A stretch of 44,110 nt of DNA from Fonticula-like sp. SCN 57-25. Lineage: Eukaryota. Position numbers and translations under genes: made by a program. Under the pieces are notes generated by a model, which saw nothing but the letters and a program-made list of their open reading frames with translations, made no database searches and was not told the origin of the DNA. Location: NCBI GenBank assembly GCA_001724245.1, contig MEDX01000074.1, positions 1 through 44,110 on the forward strand. The letters are read 5' to 3'. Below, in pieces: positions 19,745-32,748 of the stretch. The stretch's first letter is position 1; the number at the start of each line of letters is the position of its first letter.

Positions 19745-21998
19745 ATGCCGAGCGTGGACGCGTCGGACGTCTTGGTGGTAGGCGTCATTGCGATTGCCTT
19801 GTTTGCCTACTTTTACAAGAAGCGCCAGGCTGAGGAGCAGCTCAAGCTCAAGAATGCCGCTGCGTTGTACGTTCCGTTTGCCAGCATGGAAATGCGTTGC
19901 TAACGATGATGCTCCAGTGCTATCACCCGCAAGGCGACCACCGGTGCAAAGGGCGGCGCCGGCGCTGCGAGCAGCAATGCGAAAAAGGTCGAGGGCAAGG
20001 ACATGATCATCCTGTACGGCTCGCAGACGGGCACGGCGGAGGACTACGCCAGCCGCCTTGGCCGCGAGGCGAAGCAGTACGGGTTTGAGCCGCTTCTCGC
20101 CGACTTTGAAAACTTTAGTTTTGTGCGTTCATTTTTTCATATGTCTTTTGTGGCCGAATGGGCGCTGACGTGCCACCGCGCTTGCAGGGAAGCGTAGAGG
20201 AGGTGCAGGCGGTGATGGGAGGCAAGCTCGTCTTTTTCGTCGTGGCAACGTACGGCGAGGGCGAACCGACCGACAACGCACAGGACGCGTACAATTTTTT
20301 CAAGGATGAAGAGTTTGAAGAGACCGCTCTGGAAGGCATCAAGTTTGTCGTTTTCGGCCTTGGCAACAAGACGTACGATCAGTACAACGTCATCGGTCAG
20401 TTCTGGGACACGACCTTTGCAAAGTACGGTGCCAACCGCGTGTACGAGATGGGGCTTGGCGACGATGACGGAAAGTACGCAGCTCTCTATTTTTCTCTCT
20501 TTCTTGCGCCACGGCGTGCTGACCGGTGGCGTTGCCAGCCTTGAGGAGGACTTTATTTCGTGGAAGGAGGAAATGTGGCCGGCCGTGTGCGCCGCGTGCA
20601 ACAAGGACGCCCACAACGTCAACACGACCATGTGCGCACTGCCTATTTGCTGTTGGTCGCTGCGTGCTCACGCTGTCTTGTCGCAGTACGCGCCAGTTTG
20701 TGCTTGCCGAGCATGGCAAGGACGAGCTTCCGTCGTCGTCAGTGTTCACCGGCGAGCTGCACACTGTCATTGTCCCGCCGGCCTCGCAGGCGAGCGGCCC
20801 GTACGACATGAAGAACCCCTACTACGTGGACATTACGGAGCACCGCGAGCTTATGGAGCCGTCGAGCGGCCGCAGCTGCATGCACATCGAGTTTAACATC
20901 AAGGACACCAAGCTCAACTACCTGACGGGCGACCACCTTGGCCTGTTCCCCGCCAACAGCGAGCGCGAGGTGGACCGCCTCCTGCGCGCGCTCCGCATTG
21001 ACAACCCCGATACGCTCTTTAGCTTTGAGGCGATTGACAAGTCGGCCGCGAAGCAGTCGCCGTTCCCGACGCCGTGCTCGTACCGCACCGCGCTGACGTA
21101 CTACCTGGACATCACGGCGGCGCCGCGCACGCACATCATCAAGGCGCTCGCCGACAACGCGACGACTGACGATGACCGCGAGTTTTTCGAGTTTTTGGCG
21201 AGCCACGACGGCAAGGACAAGCTCGCGTCGTATGTCGTGGAGAGCTGCCGCACGGTGGCCGAGATCCTGGAGGACCGCCCGAACTTGCACGCGCCCGTCG
21301 ACCTCATGCTCGAGCTGTTGCCCCGCCTGCAGTGCCGCTACTACTCAATCGCCTCGTCGGCAAAGGTGCACTCGAACACGATCCACATCTGCGCGTCGCT
21401 CGTCGAGTACCAGACACCCCTCGGCCGCTTTGCGCAGGGCGTCACCACCGGGTGGCTCAGCACTAAGCGCAATTTTGAGCTCCAGCGGCCCGTCCCGGCC
21501 TTTGTGCGCAAGTCCAACTTTAAGCTGCCCGGCACGCCGACGCGCCCGGTCATCTTCATCGGGCCCGGCACCGGCATCGCGCCGTTCCGCGCCTTCATCC
21601 ACGAGCGCAACTTGCACAGGGAGCAGGGCCGCCAGGTTGGGCCCACGGTGCTCTTCTTTGGCTGCAGGACCGAGGAGGAGTTCCTCTACAAGTCGGAGCT
21701 GCGCGATTTTGAGGCCAGCGGCCTTCTCGAGCTGCACGTTGCCTTCTCGCGGTTGCCCAACAAGCCAAAGCAGTACGTCCAGCACCTGCTGGTCGAGCAG
21801 CGCGAGCGCATGTGGGACCTTATCTCGCAGGGCGCGTACCTGTACGTCTGCGGAGACGCCAAGAATATGGCGCGCGATGTGCAAAAGGCGGTCGTCGACA
21901 TGGTCCAGCACTGCGGCGGCAAGACAGAGGAGGAGGCAATCGCCCACGTCAAGCACATGAAGAAAACCAACAGGTATCTCGAGGACGTCTGGTCGTAG
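19745..21998 (+). CDS. POR: NADPH-cytochrome P450 reductase
   Basis: N-terminal TM anchor, YGSQTGTAEDYA, ATYGEGEPTDNA, FGLGNKTY, RSCMHIE, RYYSIASS, IGPGTGIAPFR, YVCGDAKNMARDV and C-terminal DVWS. Four introns. Confidence 0.97.
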
Positions 21999-22323
21999 AG
22001 GCGAATATCGCCACATTACTGGCTCGCTGGGCCGAGCTGCATACAATTCATTGATTTTTCAATATATATCTTTACCTCCCTTGCCAATTTCTATTTCGTA
22101 ATACACAGCCTACATACCCTACATACACTTTTTTGCCTTGCCTCGCACGCGCAACATGTTGCGACATACGTAGTGCGGAATGTTTCCATGCATTTCCATC
22201 ATAGGCATCCATACATTGGCCATGACGAATCGCGGAATCGGTGGTTGACGTAATCAGAGGTTGCCGAGGCCTATTTTGCCGGCCACTCGCGTGGTGGGCG
22301 GCTTGACGTGCACAGACGACGCG

Positions 22324-23077
22324 ATGGAGGCGGACGCGATGCCGGAGCACAGCGATCTGACGCTCATTATCCCGGGACTTCTCTACTTGAGCGGGTCGCA
22401 AGGAGCGTCGTCGCTCGATTCACTGCGAACGCACGGCATCACGGTGGTCGTCAACATGACCAAGGAGGTTGACAATTACTTTGAGCTTGATCCGGCCTTT
22501 GAGTACCACCGGTGCGCGTCCCAAGCGGCTGTCGCGCGTCGCTGACATTTGTTTTATAGCATGGCCGTTCGCGACACCTCGAGCGCCGACATCCTGTCCC
22601 TCTTTGACGACGCCTGCACGGCGATCGAGTCTGCACGCCAATCCGGCCGCGCTGTCCTTGTGCACTGCCACATGGGCATGAGCCGATCGGTTTCCATTGT
22701 GCTGGCGTACTTTGTCCGCCACCGCAACACAAGTCTCCAGGACGCCTTTGAAATAGTCTCTGCCATGAGGCCGGTCGCGTGCCCCAACGAGGGATTCTGG
22801 TGCCAATTGGCCGAGTGGGAGATGAAGTACCGCGACGAGATCTCGATCGACCACCGTCGGTTCCAACGCTTTCAGGGTACGCCGGAGGCTTTTGAGCCTT
22901 TACAGTAAGGAAATACTTATTGGATGCTGTACAGATTTGAAGACGCAGACCCGGAACGGGACCTACTTTCGTCGGACGCCCGAGCCGCTCTCGCTCGTCG
23001 AGGCGGCCGCCAGCGCCGTCTGCTCACAGGAAGAGTGCACCGAGCAGCAAGCCACGCTATCCGCATTGGCATCGTAA
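22324..23077 (+). CDS. Dual-specificity protein phosphatase (atypical DUSP)
   Basis: LYLSG, GITVVVN, VLVHCHMGMSRSVSIVLAY and RPVACPNEGFWCQL. Two introns, the second extending the C-terminus to the TAA ending at 23077. Confidence 0.88.
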
Positions 23078-23204
23078 TTTGCCTTCATTCGCAATTTGTA
23101 CCATATTATGCCCTATCACAGTGTTTCGTCGTGCACATACCGCATTTCATAGCGACGGCCAATACAATACATGTAATGTTCATTTTAATAGTCTACTGTA
23201 CATA

Positions 23205-26200
23205 TTATTTACGCCTCGGGCCCTCCTGCGCGCGCTTGAGCATCCACTCCACGTCACGGAGGTGCGGCAGCACGCGCGCCCCCGCTCTCCCGATGGCCAC
23301 GAGGACGAGCGGCGCGACAGCTTTCGCTGGCACCCCACTCTCTGCGAGCACCTTGGCCTCCTCAAGCGCCGCCGCGACTACCGTGGGCGGCGGCACGCGC
23401 CTGCGCGCCATCACGGCGCTCATCGCCGCACCAAACTCGATTGTCGGCGACGGCATCGTCGACAGAGCGCCCGCCGCCTCGGCCGCCAGCGCCGGCTCGA
23501 GCAGCTGCACGGTCTCGTCGAACCTGTCGGCGAGCATGCGGAGTAGCGCGGGTGCCGCGAACGCGTCCGCATCAGGAACGCTACGCAGCAGGGCGCGCAA
23601 GCACTGAAGCGCAAAGACGGCCGCCGGCGAGGGCGACTGCAGCTGCCTAAAGAGCGCCACGAGCGGAAAGATGGCGGCGGAACTGTCCCGCGCGACACTC
23701 ATGAGCACCGCGGCGCGCATGAACAGCGCAAACGACGCGTCTCCCGCACCGCCGTCAAGCTCCGCAAACGCGCCGACGACGTTCTCAGGGAGCGCCTGGA
23801 CGCATGGATCGCACGCGGTGAGGCGCAGTAGCTCTTTGGCGTCGAGGCCGGTGAGCGTGGACACGTCGGCGGCGGCCGACACGGCCGGGAGCAGCGGCAG
23901 CGGGAGGCGCTGAGCGAGCGACAGCGCCCCCGTCGGGTCAACTGCATAGTCGGAGCACCCCGAGCGGCGCATCACAAAGAGCGCGCGGGCGCCGCGCAGT
24001 AGCTCGAGGTCGTCCTTGTTGGACTGGATGAGCACGCGGCCCCAGTACCGCTCGCCGCAGACCGACACGGACGACACGAGGGACAGGTCCGGCAGCAGGC
24101 ACGGCGACTGCATCTGGACAGCCTCGCCGCTGGCCATGTGGACGGTAACGGGCACCGAGCACACCTGCTCGGTGACGGCGTCGCGCGTGACGAGGCAGCG
24201 CGGTCGCGCGGCGGCGAGGTAAAAGTGGCGATACACCTGCATGTGGTAGCGGTTGTCGTTGACAGAGGCAGGCCACACGGGAAAGGTCGACAGGAATAGC
24301 ATCGCGGTCGACGACAGGTCCGCGCTAAAACTGAAGCGCGTCGCGCCCATAAAGACAAAGCCAATCGCCATGTGCACCGCCATGTGGAAACCGTACGCAG
24401 AGTCGTGCCCAAAGTAGCAGTTGTGCAGCGGGCGAAGCGCCTTGAGCGCATCAAGGTCGCCCGTCCCGGCCATGATGAGGCCAATCGCAATCGCGGTCGA
24501 CATGAGCGCAAAGTGCACATTGATCAGACCGCGGCGAACTTCCGGCGCGGTCTTGTAGTACGACGGGTACGTGGACGTCAGGTACTTCAACACGCGACAG
24601 GCCACGTCAAGCGCGCGGCGGTCCGCCGACCCGGCAAATCGCAGGCCGATCGCGTGAATCAGCCCAGCAAGCGTCGCCAAAAAGTATGGCTCGGCAGTGC
24701 CGTCCGGCTCGCCGTCCTCGGCGCCGTTGGGCCGCTCCGCGAGCGGCACGTCGGCAAACAGCGCAGGTGACACATCCCTAATCAATAACCGTGAGCGACC
24801 ACGTACTAATAGCATATCAGAAAACGTACTGCATCATCCAGAGAGGGATCTGCTCCGCGATCCAGGGCAGATCGGGCCGCACAGAGTCCCACTGGATCAG
24901 ACAGCGCGCGATGATGCGGACAGTGAGCTGCTCGGGCGTCAGGAACGCGGATGACGGGCGAGTTTCCATCAACGGAAGGCTTGCGAGTGCGTTCTCATCG
25001 TTGGTCCGCATGAAAATAAGCGCCAGGGCAGTCACTGCGCCGAGCGAGGTGATGTGCGGCAAAAAGCCCTGCGAGGAACCACCGGGCGTCCTTCATCAGG
25101 AACCAGAATCAGTATTTTGCACCAGCAATCATCATAATCGTACCAAACAACTCCCTTCACGCTCTTGGCCAGCTTTTCGAGGTACGGCAGGAGGCTCAAT
25201 TCCGCAACCACTTGGCGGCGGCCCGACCCGAGGTTGATGAGCCCGAGGGCGGCGCCGGCTGAAAAGGCGTAGCACTCGCGCAAGTTTGTCCAGTTGGGGT
25301 CGCTCTCGTCGGAAGCCGTCAGCGACGGGACCGAGTCAAGCAGGTCGCTGGCTGCGGCAATCTCCGTGGCCATGACCCGGGAGAGCTGCAGCTGCTCGGT
25401 CCCGAGGTACACGAGGCCGACGCCCATGAGCGCGGCTACCCGCACAAGCGGGGCGACGGGGAGCTCCGACGTGTCAATGGGGAGCAGCGCAGGGATATGC
25501 GTGTACAGGATGTGGCTCGTCGTAGAGTCCATTGTGCCCATGTTCATGATCGATTGGCCTACCATTCAGCGTCAGACGGCGGCGGCGGAAAGGGCAGTGG
25601 CCGTACCGAGCATGAGCGCAACAATCCGAACGGCGTCCGCACTCTCGTACTGCTTTCGAATGTACACCTTGTTGAGGGCGCCGAGATGGCCGTTTAGCCC
25701 GAGGCCGAAAAAGAGACCTGCGTTGACCGTCTTGTCGGCGGTGAGGCTGACGTGGATCCAGGACTGGTCAATCCCCTTGGCGCCGCGCGGGATACGGAGC
25801 GCAGCGGCAACGCCATTGTGGAATTCGGCCCACACAAAGGTGGTGAACTTGGGGTCGAACGTGACGACGGCACGGGAGCCGTGCTTGTAGCCTCCCGTGA
25901 CCATGGGCGTCACGGTGAACGGTTCGGAGGCGGACGGCGCGGACGACTCGAGCGTCAGGGCGCCGCGGCCAATGCTCTTGCCGGCGGTGCGACGAAAGTA
26001 GCGCATCATCTCTTCCTTGTTCACCGACTCTGGATCACTGCCGAAACAGGTCAGCAGCAGCAAGAAAACGGAAAAATGCGCACAAATCTTGGGATTGGGG
26101 AAGGTGGGGCATTTTCGTGCCCGACAGGAGCCGGCGGGCCTCAATGAACCGAAGGTCATCTTTGAACTTCACATCGAGCATATCCTGGCAGTCAACCTCG

Positions 26201-29200
26201 GTGCCCAGCAACTCTGGGAAGTGCGGCGATACTTCTGCCCCCGGCGCCCCCCGGCAGAGGGGATCGGCCTGCTTGGCAAGGTCGAGGCGGCCTATCCAGC
26301 ACACCTTAGCAAGAAAATCAACGAAAACAAGTAACGTACCAATACGCTCAAATGTGGCCTGCTTCCAGGTAGGCCGCGGCGAGGCGCGCACTTCATGCAT
26401 GCACTGCCAGATATGCATCCCAAGACCGACCGGAAGCGAATCAATATGCTCGCTCGACCACTCGTTCGCGTCGAGAATGTCGACCACCTCCACCGCGCGC
26501 CTTCCCGCCACCGCCTCAAACATGCGCAGGACCACAGAGGTGCGCGCGCACACGTCGCCAAACGTGCCCTGCAGCTCCGCCGGCGCGCTCCACTTGACCC
26601 ATTGCGGCGCAACCACATGGAGGGAATCAAGCGTCGGCACCGGGCACGGCAGACTGCGCTCGAGTGCCGCCAACACCGCGGCGAAAACGTCAAACGTCTC
26701 AACGGACGGGGCCGCGGGATTAGTGAGACCCGCTAATGGCGGCCACGTGCGCGTCTGAATAGCGCTTTCCTTAAAGATGTTGCAGGACGCCAAGTTGGCC
26801 GCGGCCGACGACGGCATCTCGCGCACATACAGATCGTTCCAGTCGACCCACGAAAGCAGCCGAGCAACGGGGAGCAGGACGGTGCGTCCCAGCTGGATGC
26901 GCGCAGCGTCGAGGTGGACGTCCAACTTTGCATCCTCGTACACAAGATGGAGCGCGAGGAAGACGGCGGGGACAAGGTCAATGTCGGCGCCAAGCGGCTC
27001 AAGAAGGGCACTGAGCGGCGGCTGAAAGGTTGAGCGATGGCGCGTGGCCTTGCCCGGCGACTTGAGGCGCTTGTCACCAAGCGCGCCTTCAAGCAGGCCC
27101 GAAAACACGTCATCCGGGAAGAGACGCCGAGCGGTTACCAAAAGCCCGCACCAAGCCTCTTGCGAGGTGAGGGCAGACGCCGAAGAAGAGGACCGCGACG
27201 TCATGTCAGACGACGACGGGGAGGAGAAAAGCGCGGAGAGGGCGGCAGTGAACGCGGCCTGCTCGTCGTGAATGCGCCGCGACGCGGGGATCGAGTTGAA
27301 GGCGGTCAAAAGTTGAAGCCAAACCGTAGAAGGGAGGACAAACCGCATCGCGTCCTGCAGCAAACGCGTCAGGATGGCGCGAAAACGAGCAGCACAAGAA
27401 ACCGTACCATACACCGACGAACCAAATCGTGCTTTGGCGCAAACAGAAAGTTGTACCGAACGAAGCCCGCCTCCGCCGTAGTGAGCGTGACATTGGGGCC
27501 AATCGCATATCCGACCTGGCGACGGTAAGCAAGGCGTCATCAACAAAAGAGTCGTACGGCGAGGATCGTGGCAGGTTGCACCTGACGCTCGCTTGCGGCG
27601 GCAGTTGAGGAGGCAGATGGCGTCTGCGGGCGGGTCTTGAGACGCATGGGGGACGGCGTGGACGTGGCGCGGATAGGCGATGACAAGAGCCCACTTACGT
27701 TGTCGTCCATCGAAATGTCCATTTCCATTTCCATATCCATATCCATGTCCATGTCCATGTCCATGTCCATGTCCTCTTCGACATCCTCGCCCGCTGCAAC
27801 GCGCGCCGCCGCCGCGAAATGGGCGTCCATCTTGTCGAGCTCGGATTGCCTACGGTGACGCTTCCGCGGGGTATCAAAGCCGGCGGTCTCTTCCTTGTCG
27901 TTCTCTGCGCCCGCTATCGCCGGGACCAGCACGCTGATGGACGCCGCAGCACTGCCCTCGGACTGGTCAAATGTGCCGGCCAAGATGTGGAGGCGGCCAT
28001 CGCTGCGCACCACGAGCAGATCGTAAAGGTCGCCGACACCCGTCGCTGAGCGCGTCCAGCTGCGCGAGCAGATGACCGGTGCCGCATCCACGACATCCTC
28101 CAGGTAAAAAGTGGCATCTGCAACCCACTGAAACTGACGCGAGAGCGCTTCAAAGAGGAGCAGATCCGTCTCGGACGACTCGCCCGGCTCGCTGCGGATG
28201 AACCGGCGGACCTCCTTCATGCGCAACGCGCCCGACATGTCGGCGTGCAGCGGCACGGACATTAGCCGCTTCACGCCTGGCCTCCGAATAAACAGGACAG
28301 GCTCGCCCGTCGTCTTGTGCGCAACAAACACCTTGACGCCTTGCTCATCCTCGGCGCTTGCAGAGTAGAGCGTGCCCGGCGTCGCCACCGAGACCTGCGC
28401 GAGCAGGCGCAGGTACAGCACGGCCTCGACCGGCGCAGGCGCCAGCAGGTGCGGCTTGCCGTCGTCTCTCTCGGGCTCGAAGCGGTCCGAGCTATCCAGC
28501 CCGTCGTCAACGTCCATCCTCTTGCCGGATCCCGGCGTGCCCGGGGCAGAGCGGAGCGCCGCAGGCGTCACAGTCGCCGCCGCAGGAGACGCCGCTTGGC
28601 TGCGGTGGCCCGCGGGTGTCGCGTGCACCGTCATGGGCTCCGCGTTAAGCGCGCTACCGTGGGTAAACGGAGCGCCACTGCGGCGCCGATCGCGGGGCGC
28701 AGAGAGCGTGTGCGCGCCTCGCCGAGCGGGGGACGAGAAACGCGCGGGCGACGGTAGCGTCAGGTCATGGCGCGCTTGCGGCGTAGTCGGAAACGGCATG
28801 GACGCAAGCGCGTTCGAGAGCTGAGTGCCGCGGTCCATATCTTGCTTGCTGGGGCGCTTTGAAGGCGTCGACGGCTCTACGGTCACGCTCGGTGCAGGAT
28901 CCTCGAGCTTGGTCTCATCGGGGACGTGCTGGGTCCACTCCCACGCAGAGAGACGACCGTCGCGGACATCGCGCATCACAAGCAAGCGAGGGGACTGAAG
29001 AACATTCACCGCGGCCTGGTGGATGTTGATCACGCACGGCTCGTGCGTCTCCATCGTCGGGGCGATCAGAACGGGATGCAGCTGAAGAAGCGGATGATGC
29101 AGTGTGAACATTGTGGGAATCTCGGGAGACTCGCCAGAGACCTTTTCGTGGTCCGCGATCTCGCGCGCAAATAGAAGAGAGTCGCCAAGTGACCACACGC

Positions 29201-29619
29201 CAATAACATTAAAAGGAAGCGCTACGTCAAAGCGAGAACCGCCTGCACTGTGCACGTGAAGGCTTCGCCGAAGCACCACGCAAAGCGCGTTGTGCGGCGC
29301 CATGTCCTTGAATCGGCACCAAACTGCCGACACCACATGCTCGTCAAACGAGAGCTGGTAGCTCAGAATACCACCACGGCTCACAGCTACGCTCCGACCT
29401 GAATAGTGGACGTCGCCTTCAACCAGCGATGGCCAGGGCCGGCCGAGGTCGCTGGCATCGTACGAAAACCAGTGGTGTGGATGGTCTCCCTTCATCACAT
29501 TTAGTATCACTCGCACGCAAATAAACACGTACGTCTTTCTTGACGGCATCTTTTAGGTACTGGTCGCCGGTCGGCGCTATCAGCCGTACAAGCGTTGGCT
29601 GCAGCGATGCCGCCGCCAT
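23205..29619 (-). CDS. ANAPC1: Anaphase-promoting complex subunit 1
   Basis: ALPF..WSL and TLHHPL at the N-terminus; WAEFHNGVAAALRI, GLFFGLGLNGHL, RECYAFSAGAALGLINLG, MAGTGDL, YGFHMAVHMAIG and DNRYHMQVYRHFY. About 8 short introns, all GT-AG and frame-consistent. Confidence 0.95.
27706..27774 (-). repeat. Hexamer microsatellite (ATGGAN)n encoding DMDMDMDMDMDMEMEMDISMDD inside APC1
   Basis: GTCCAT/ATCCAT/TTCCAT tandem run on the + strand. Confidence 0.9.
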
Positions 29620-29698
29620 TGCCGGGCCCCAACTGATTTCTTCTGATTTCCTTATTCGCGCCATTATTTGTCTCGGAACCCGACACGCACATCCCACC

Positions 29699-30120
29699 AT
29701 GTCGGCGATGCCAAAGCGCCCGTCCAAGCCTTGGCCGTTTGGGCTCGAGGCCGTACGCATTCGCGTCAAGCGCAACCCCTTTATGGTTGTTGGACTGCCC
29801 TTTGTGCTCTTTGTTTTTGCTGGCTCGCTGGCGCTCCAGCAGTTCAACGAGGTCAAGTTTAAAGTCCGCGATCGCCAGACACTCGTGCGCCCGCTCAACA
29901 GTACTCAACGAGACTGACGAAGTGTTGTGTAGGTGACATCAGAGATGGAGTCGAACATTAAAAAGAACCGCCGCCAATTCAACTTGCAAGAGGAATACTT
30001 TGTACGCACCCTGAACCTTTTATGGGCTGATCCTAAATGTCGTATCAGCGCCTTGAGACCAAGCTCGCGAACGAGATGGACACTTACACCAACAAGCCTG
30101 TCCCGGGCAACCGCGACTAG
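29699..30120 (+). CDS. COX16: Cytochrome c oxidase assembly factor COX16
   Basis: RNPFMVVGLPFVLFVFAGSLALQQFNEVKF, RRQFNLQEEYFRL and YTNKPVP. Two introns. Confidence 0.9.
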
Positions 30121-30214
30121 AAGCGCGGGCGACTGCCAAGCGCATAACGATGAACGCGTTATTATGCCGTTCTTTTTTTGTTGTACATTCGTAACGATGT
30201 TTATCACCCAATAT

Positions 30215-32557
30215 TTACAATGACGAACTGATCGCCGGCCTCGATGAGGCGTAGTACGCCACAGATCCAGGCTTTGCGTCAGATAGGCTGAGCGCGCCCA
30301 GCACAATATCATGAGAGGCCACATTCACCTTGGCGCCCTCAAAGTTTCTTGCAGTCAGACGAACAAGCGCAGCATCCGAGTCGGTTCTGCCGAAGAACGC
30401 CGCGTTATCGGGAAGGCCATCGCCGCCTACTGCAGGTTAGTACAAGAAGAAACAAAGGCGGTTCCGTACGCAGGCTAATATTAAACTCTCCCCGGGATAC
30501 CGCATCCACATCGTGCTCCCTTAAAACGACACAAGAATAGGTGCCGCTCCGCTTGCACGCTACTAGCGACCCAGTCATATCGCCGACCAGCACCTCCCAC
30601 GGTTGTTCACTGTTTCCCCACCACTTTTGACGAACTCCCATACCGCCCCCTTGAAGTGTGGCCTGACCAATGTAAACCTCCCCCTTTACTTGCACGCTTT
30701 GGGCAAAGGAGCTGCCGCCTGGCATCGCGGCCATCGGGCTGATCTCCTTCAGCGCCAGTCTAGCTGCTTGTAAGCAAAGCGCGCTGCTAAACAAAGGTGC
30801 GTACTGCAAGCGAATAGAGCCAGCCGCGGCGGGACTGGACCAATTGGCAGTGTCGATATCAACGTCCACATGGCGCCCACACGAGCGCACAATGACCTTT
30901 AGCCCCTCGAAATGCCAACCCTGATTGGCGGGCATCTCTGTCCTCCTACACGCACAGGCTGTTACAAACAAGCTAAAACACAAGCAAAGCGTACATGGCG
31001 GCAACATGCTGCTCACCGCTCGGCATGGCGAGCCACAGCGCGGCCATCGCGTGCCGCTTGGCCGCGTCGCCCTGGACAACGAGCCACCCGCGCAGCCCGC
31101 CCTGCAAGCCAAAGCATACGCACATCCCCTCAACGCTCGCCTCCGAATGCGCATAGTCATCGCGCGCCTTTGCGCCTCCAACTGCACGCGCAGACGCAAT
31201 CGGCCTGCCCAGCCTTGCCTGCAGGTCATCGAGATGCCCGACCACCTGCTCGGCCAGCAGCGGCGTCAGTGCGGCAAAGCTCGACGCCATGTCGGAGCTA
31301 TTCACCCCCTTGGCGAGGCGCGCGCCAATCCCCTGGGCGATTACGGCCCCCTTGAAGCGATGAAAGGCGGTGTGGAAGGAGGCAAACGGGTCGTCGCGCG
31401 GCGCATTAACGCGGTCGGCGTACATGGCGCGGAGCGCCTCCTCCGAGGGAACCCCCCACGATTCGAGGTCGAGGCCGGCGAGGCCGCTGAAGCCGCCCGA
31501 AGGGGCGTTCTCCATGAACGGGACGTCGTACGAGGCGCACAGCGTCGCCACGTCTGCCATGGGGTGGCCAATCGTCGACAGCTCCCAGTCAAGCACGCCA
31601 ATAACGCGCGGCTCGGTCGGGTGGAATATCTGGAAAGGACAGTCAATACCACTTTTTGACTGCAGAAGCGTACAATGTTGTCCATCTTGTAGTCGCCGTG
31701 GACGATGGCGACCTCCTCCGGCGGAAGCCACTGCATCAGGCGCGCCCCAATCGCTTCCACATCGGCGATTCGCGGAACTGCCTCCGACACTTTTTCTGTT
31801 CAAAAGGTGAACATTCTATCACAGGACGGACCCCGCGTACCTTGCGCGAGGCTGACCTTTACGAGCGACTGTACCTGGCGACCGTAAAAGTCGCCGTGGC
31901 GGCCGTAAGTGTACAGGCCAACGGAGTGGGGGTTGATCCGATGCAGCGCGGCCAGCGTGTCAATAAGAGACGTATAGCTAAGCCAAGGTATAAGCAGACT
32001 ATCAACAATGGCAGGGGACGGACCACTGGGCTCGCTCCTGAGGCGAAAGCGACGCTAGCGCCGGGGAGGAGAATACGCGGCCGCGCACAAACTCCATGAT
32101 ATAAAAGGGGGCGCCCACAATGCTATCGTCTTCACACAAAAGATAAACACGCGGGACAGGAAAGTTTACGCGTCCAAGTGCCTGCATCACTCGAAACTCG
32201 CGTTCAACTGCGTGGGCCGACTTGCTCGCAGAGGCGCCTTTGGGCTTCATGCGCATCACAAACTTTGCATTGCTGTACGATTCCTCGCGTCAGTATTCAG
32301 CATATTGCACAGGCTGTATCAAATGCAAGTGTACCTTGTTTCTAGCAAGAATGTGGGGTTGGACTGCCCGACATTAAATTGGCGCACGCTGAGGGGCCCC
32401 ACAAAGCCATCGAGGTTGGATGCCAAGTACGTCGTCAACCTGCAGAATCACGCATCAGATCGCGCGTCTATTTTTTACGTTCAACGGCGCACTTTTGAAC
32501 GTCAAACGAGAACCGCGCCCTCACGTTGGACGTCGTCTGGCCTACCAGCTCCGCCAT
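30215..32557 (-). CDS. ACAD10/ACAD11-type APH-family phosphotransferase fused to an extra ~300-aa beta-rich domain
   Basis: QFNVGQSNPTF, SAHAVEREFRVM, GAPFYIMEFVRGRVF, VHGDYKMDN and VLDWELSTIGHPMAD. Seven introns. Protein ends -ISSSL*. Confidence 0.85.
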
Positions 32558-32748
32558 GCCCCACCCCTGTCTAGTGTCAACACTCACAACAACTATCTGG
32601 GGTAGATTCAGCCCTCGATGTCAGCGTTTGAGGCCTGTACGGTATACCGGTATGATACATAAAGTGACTTTTGTATTAACGCTGCATTAAAGCGAAATTT
32701 ATGCAATACTTATGCAAATAGCTCTTCAAGGCACTGATCACAAAATGC

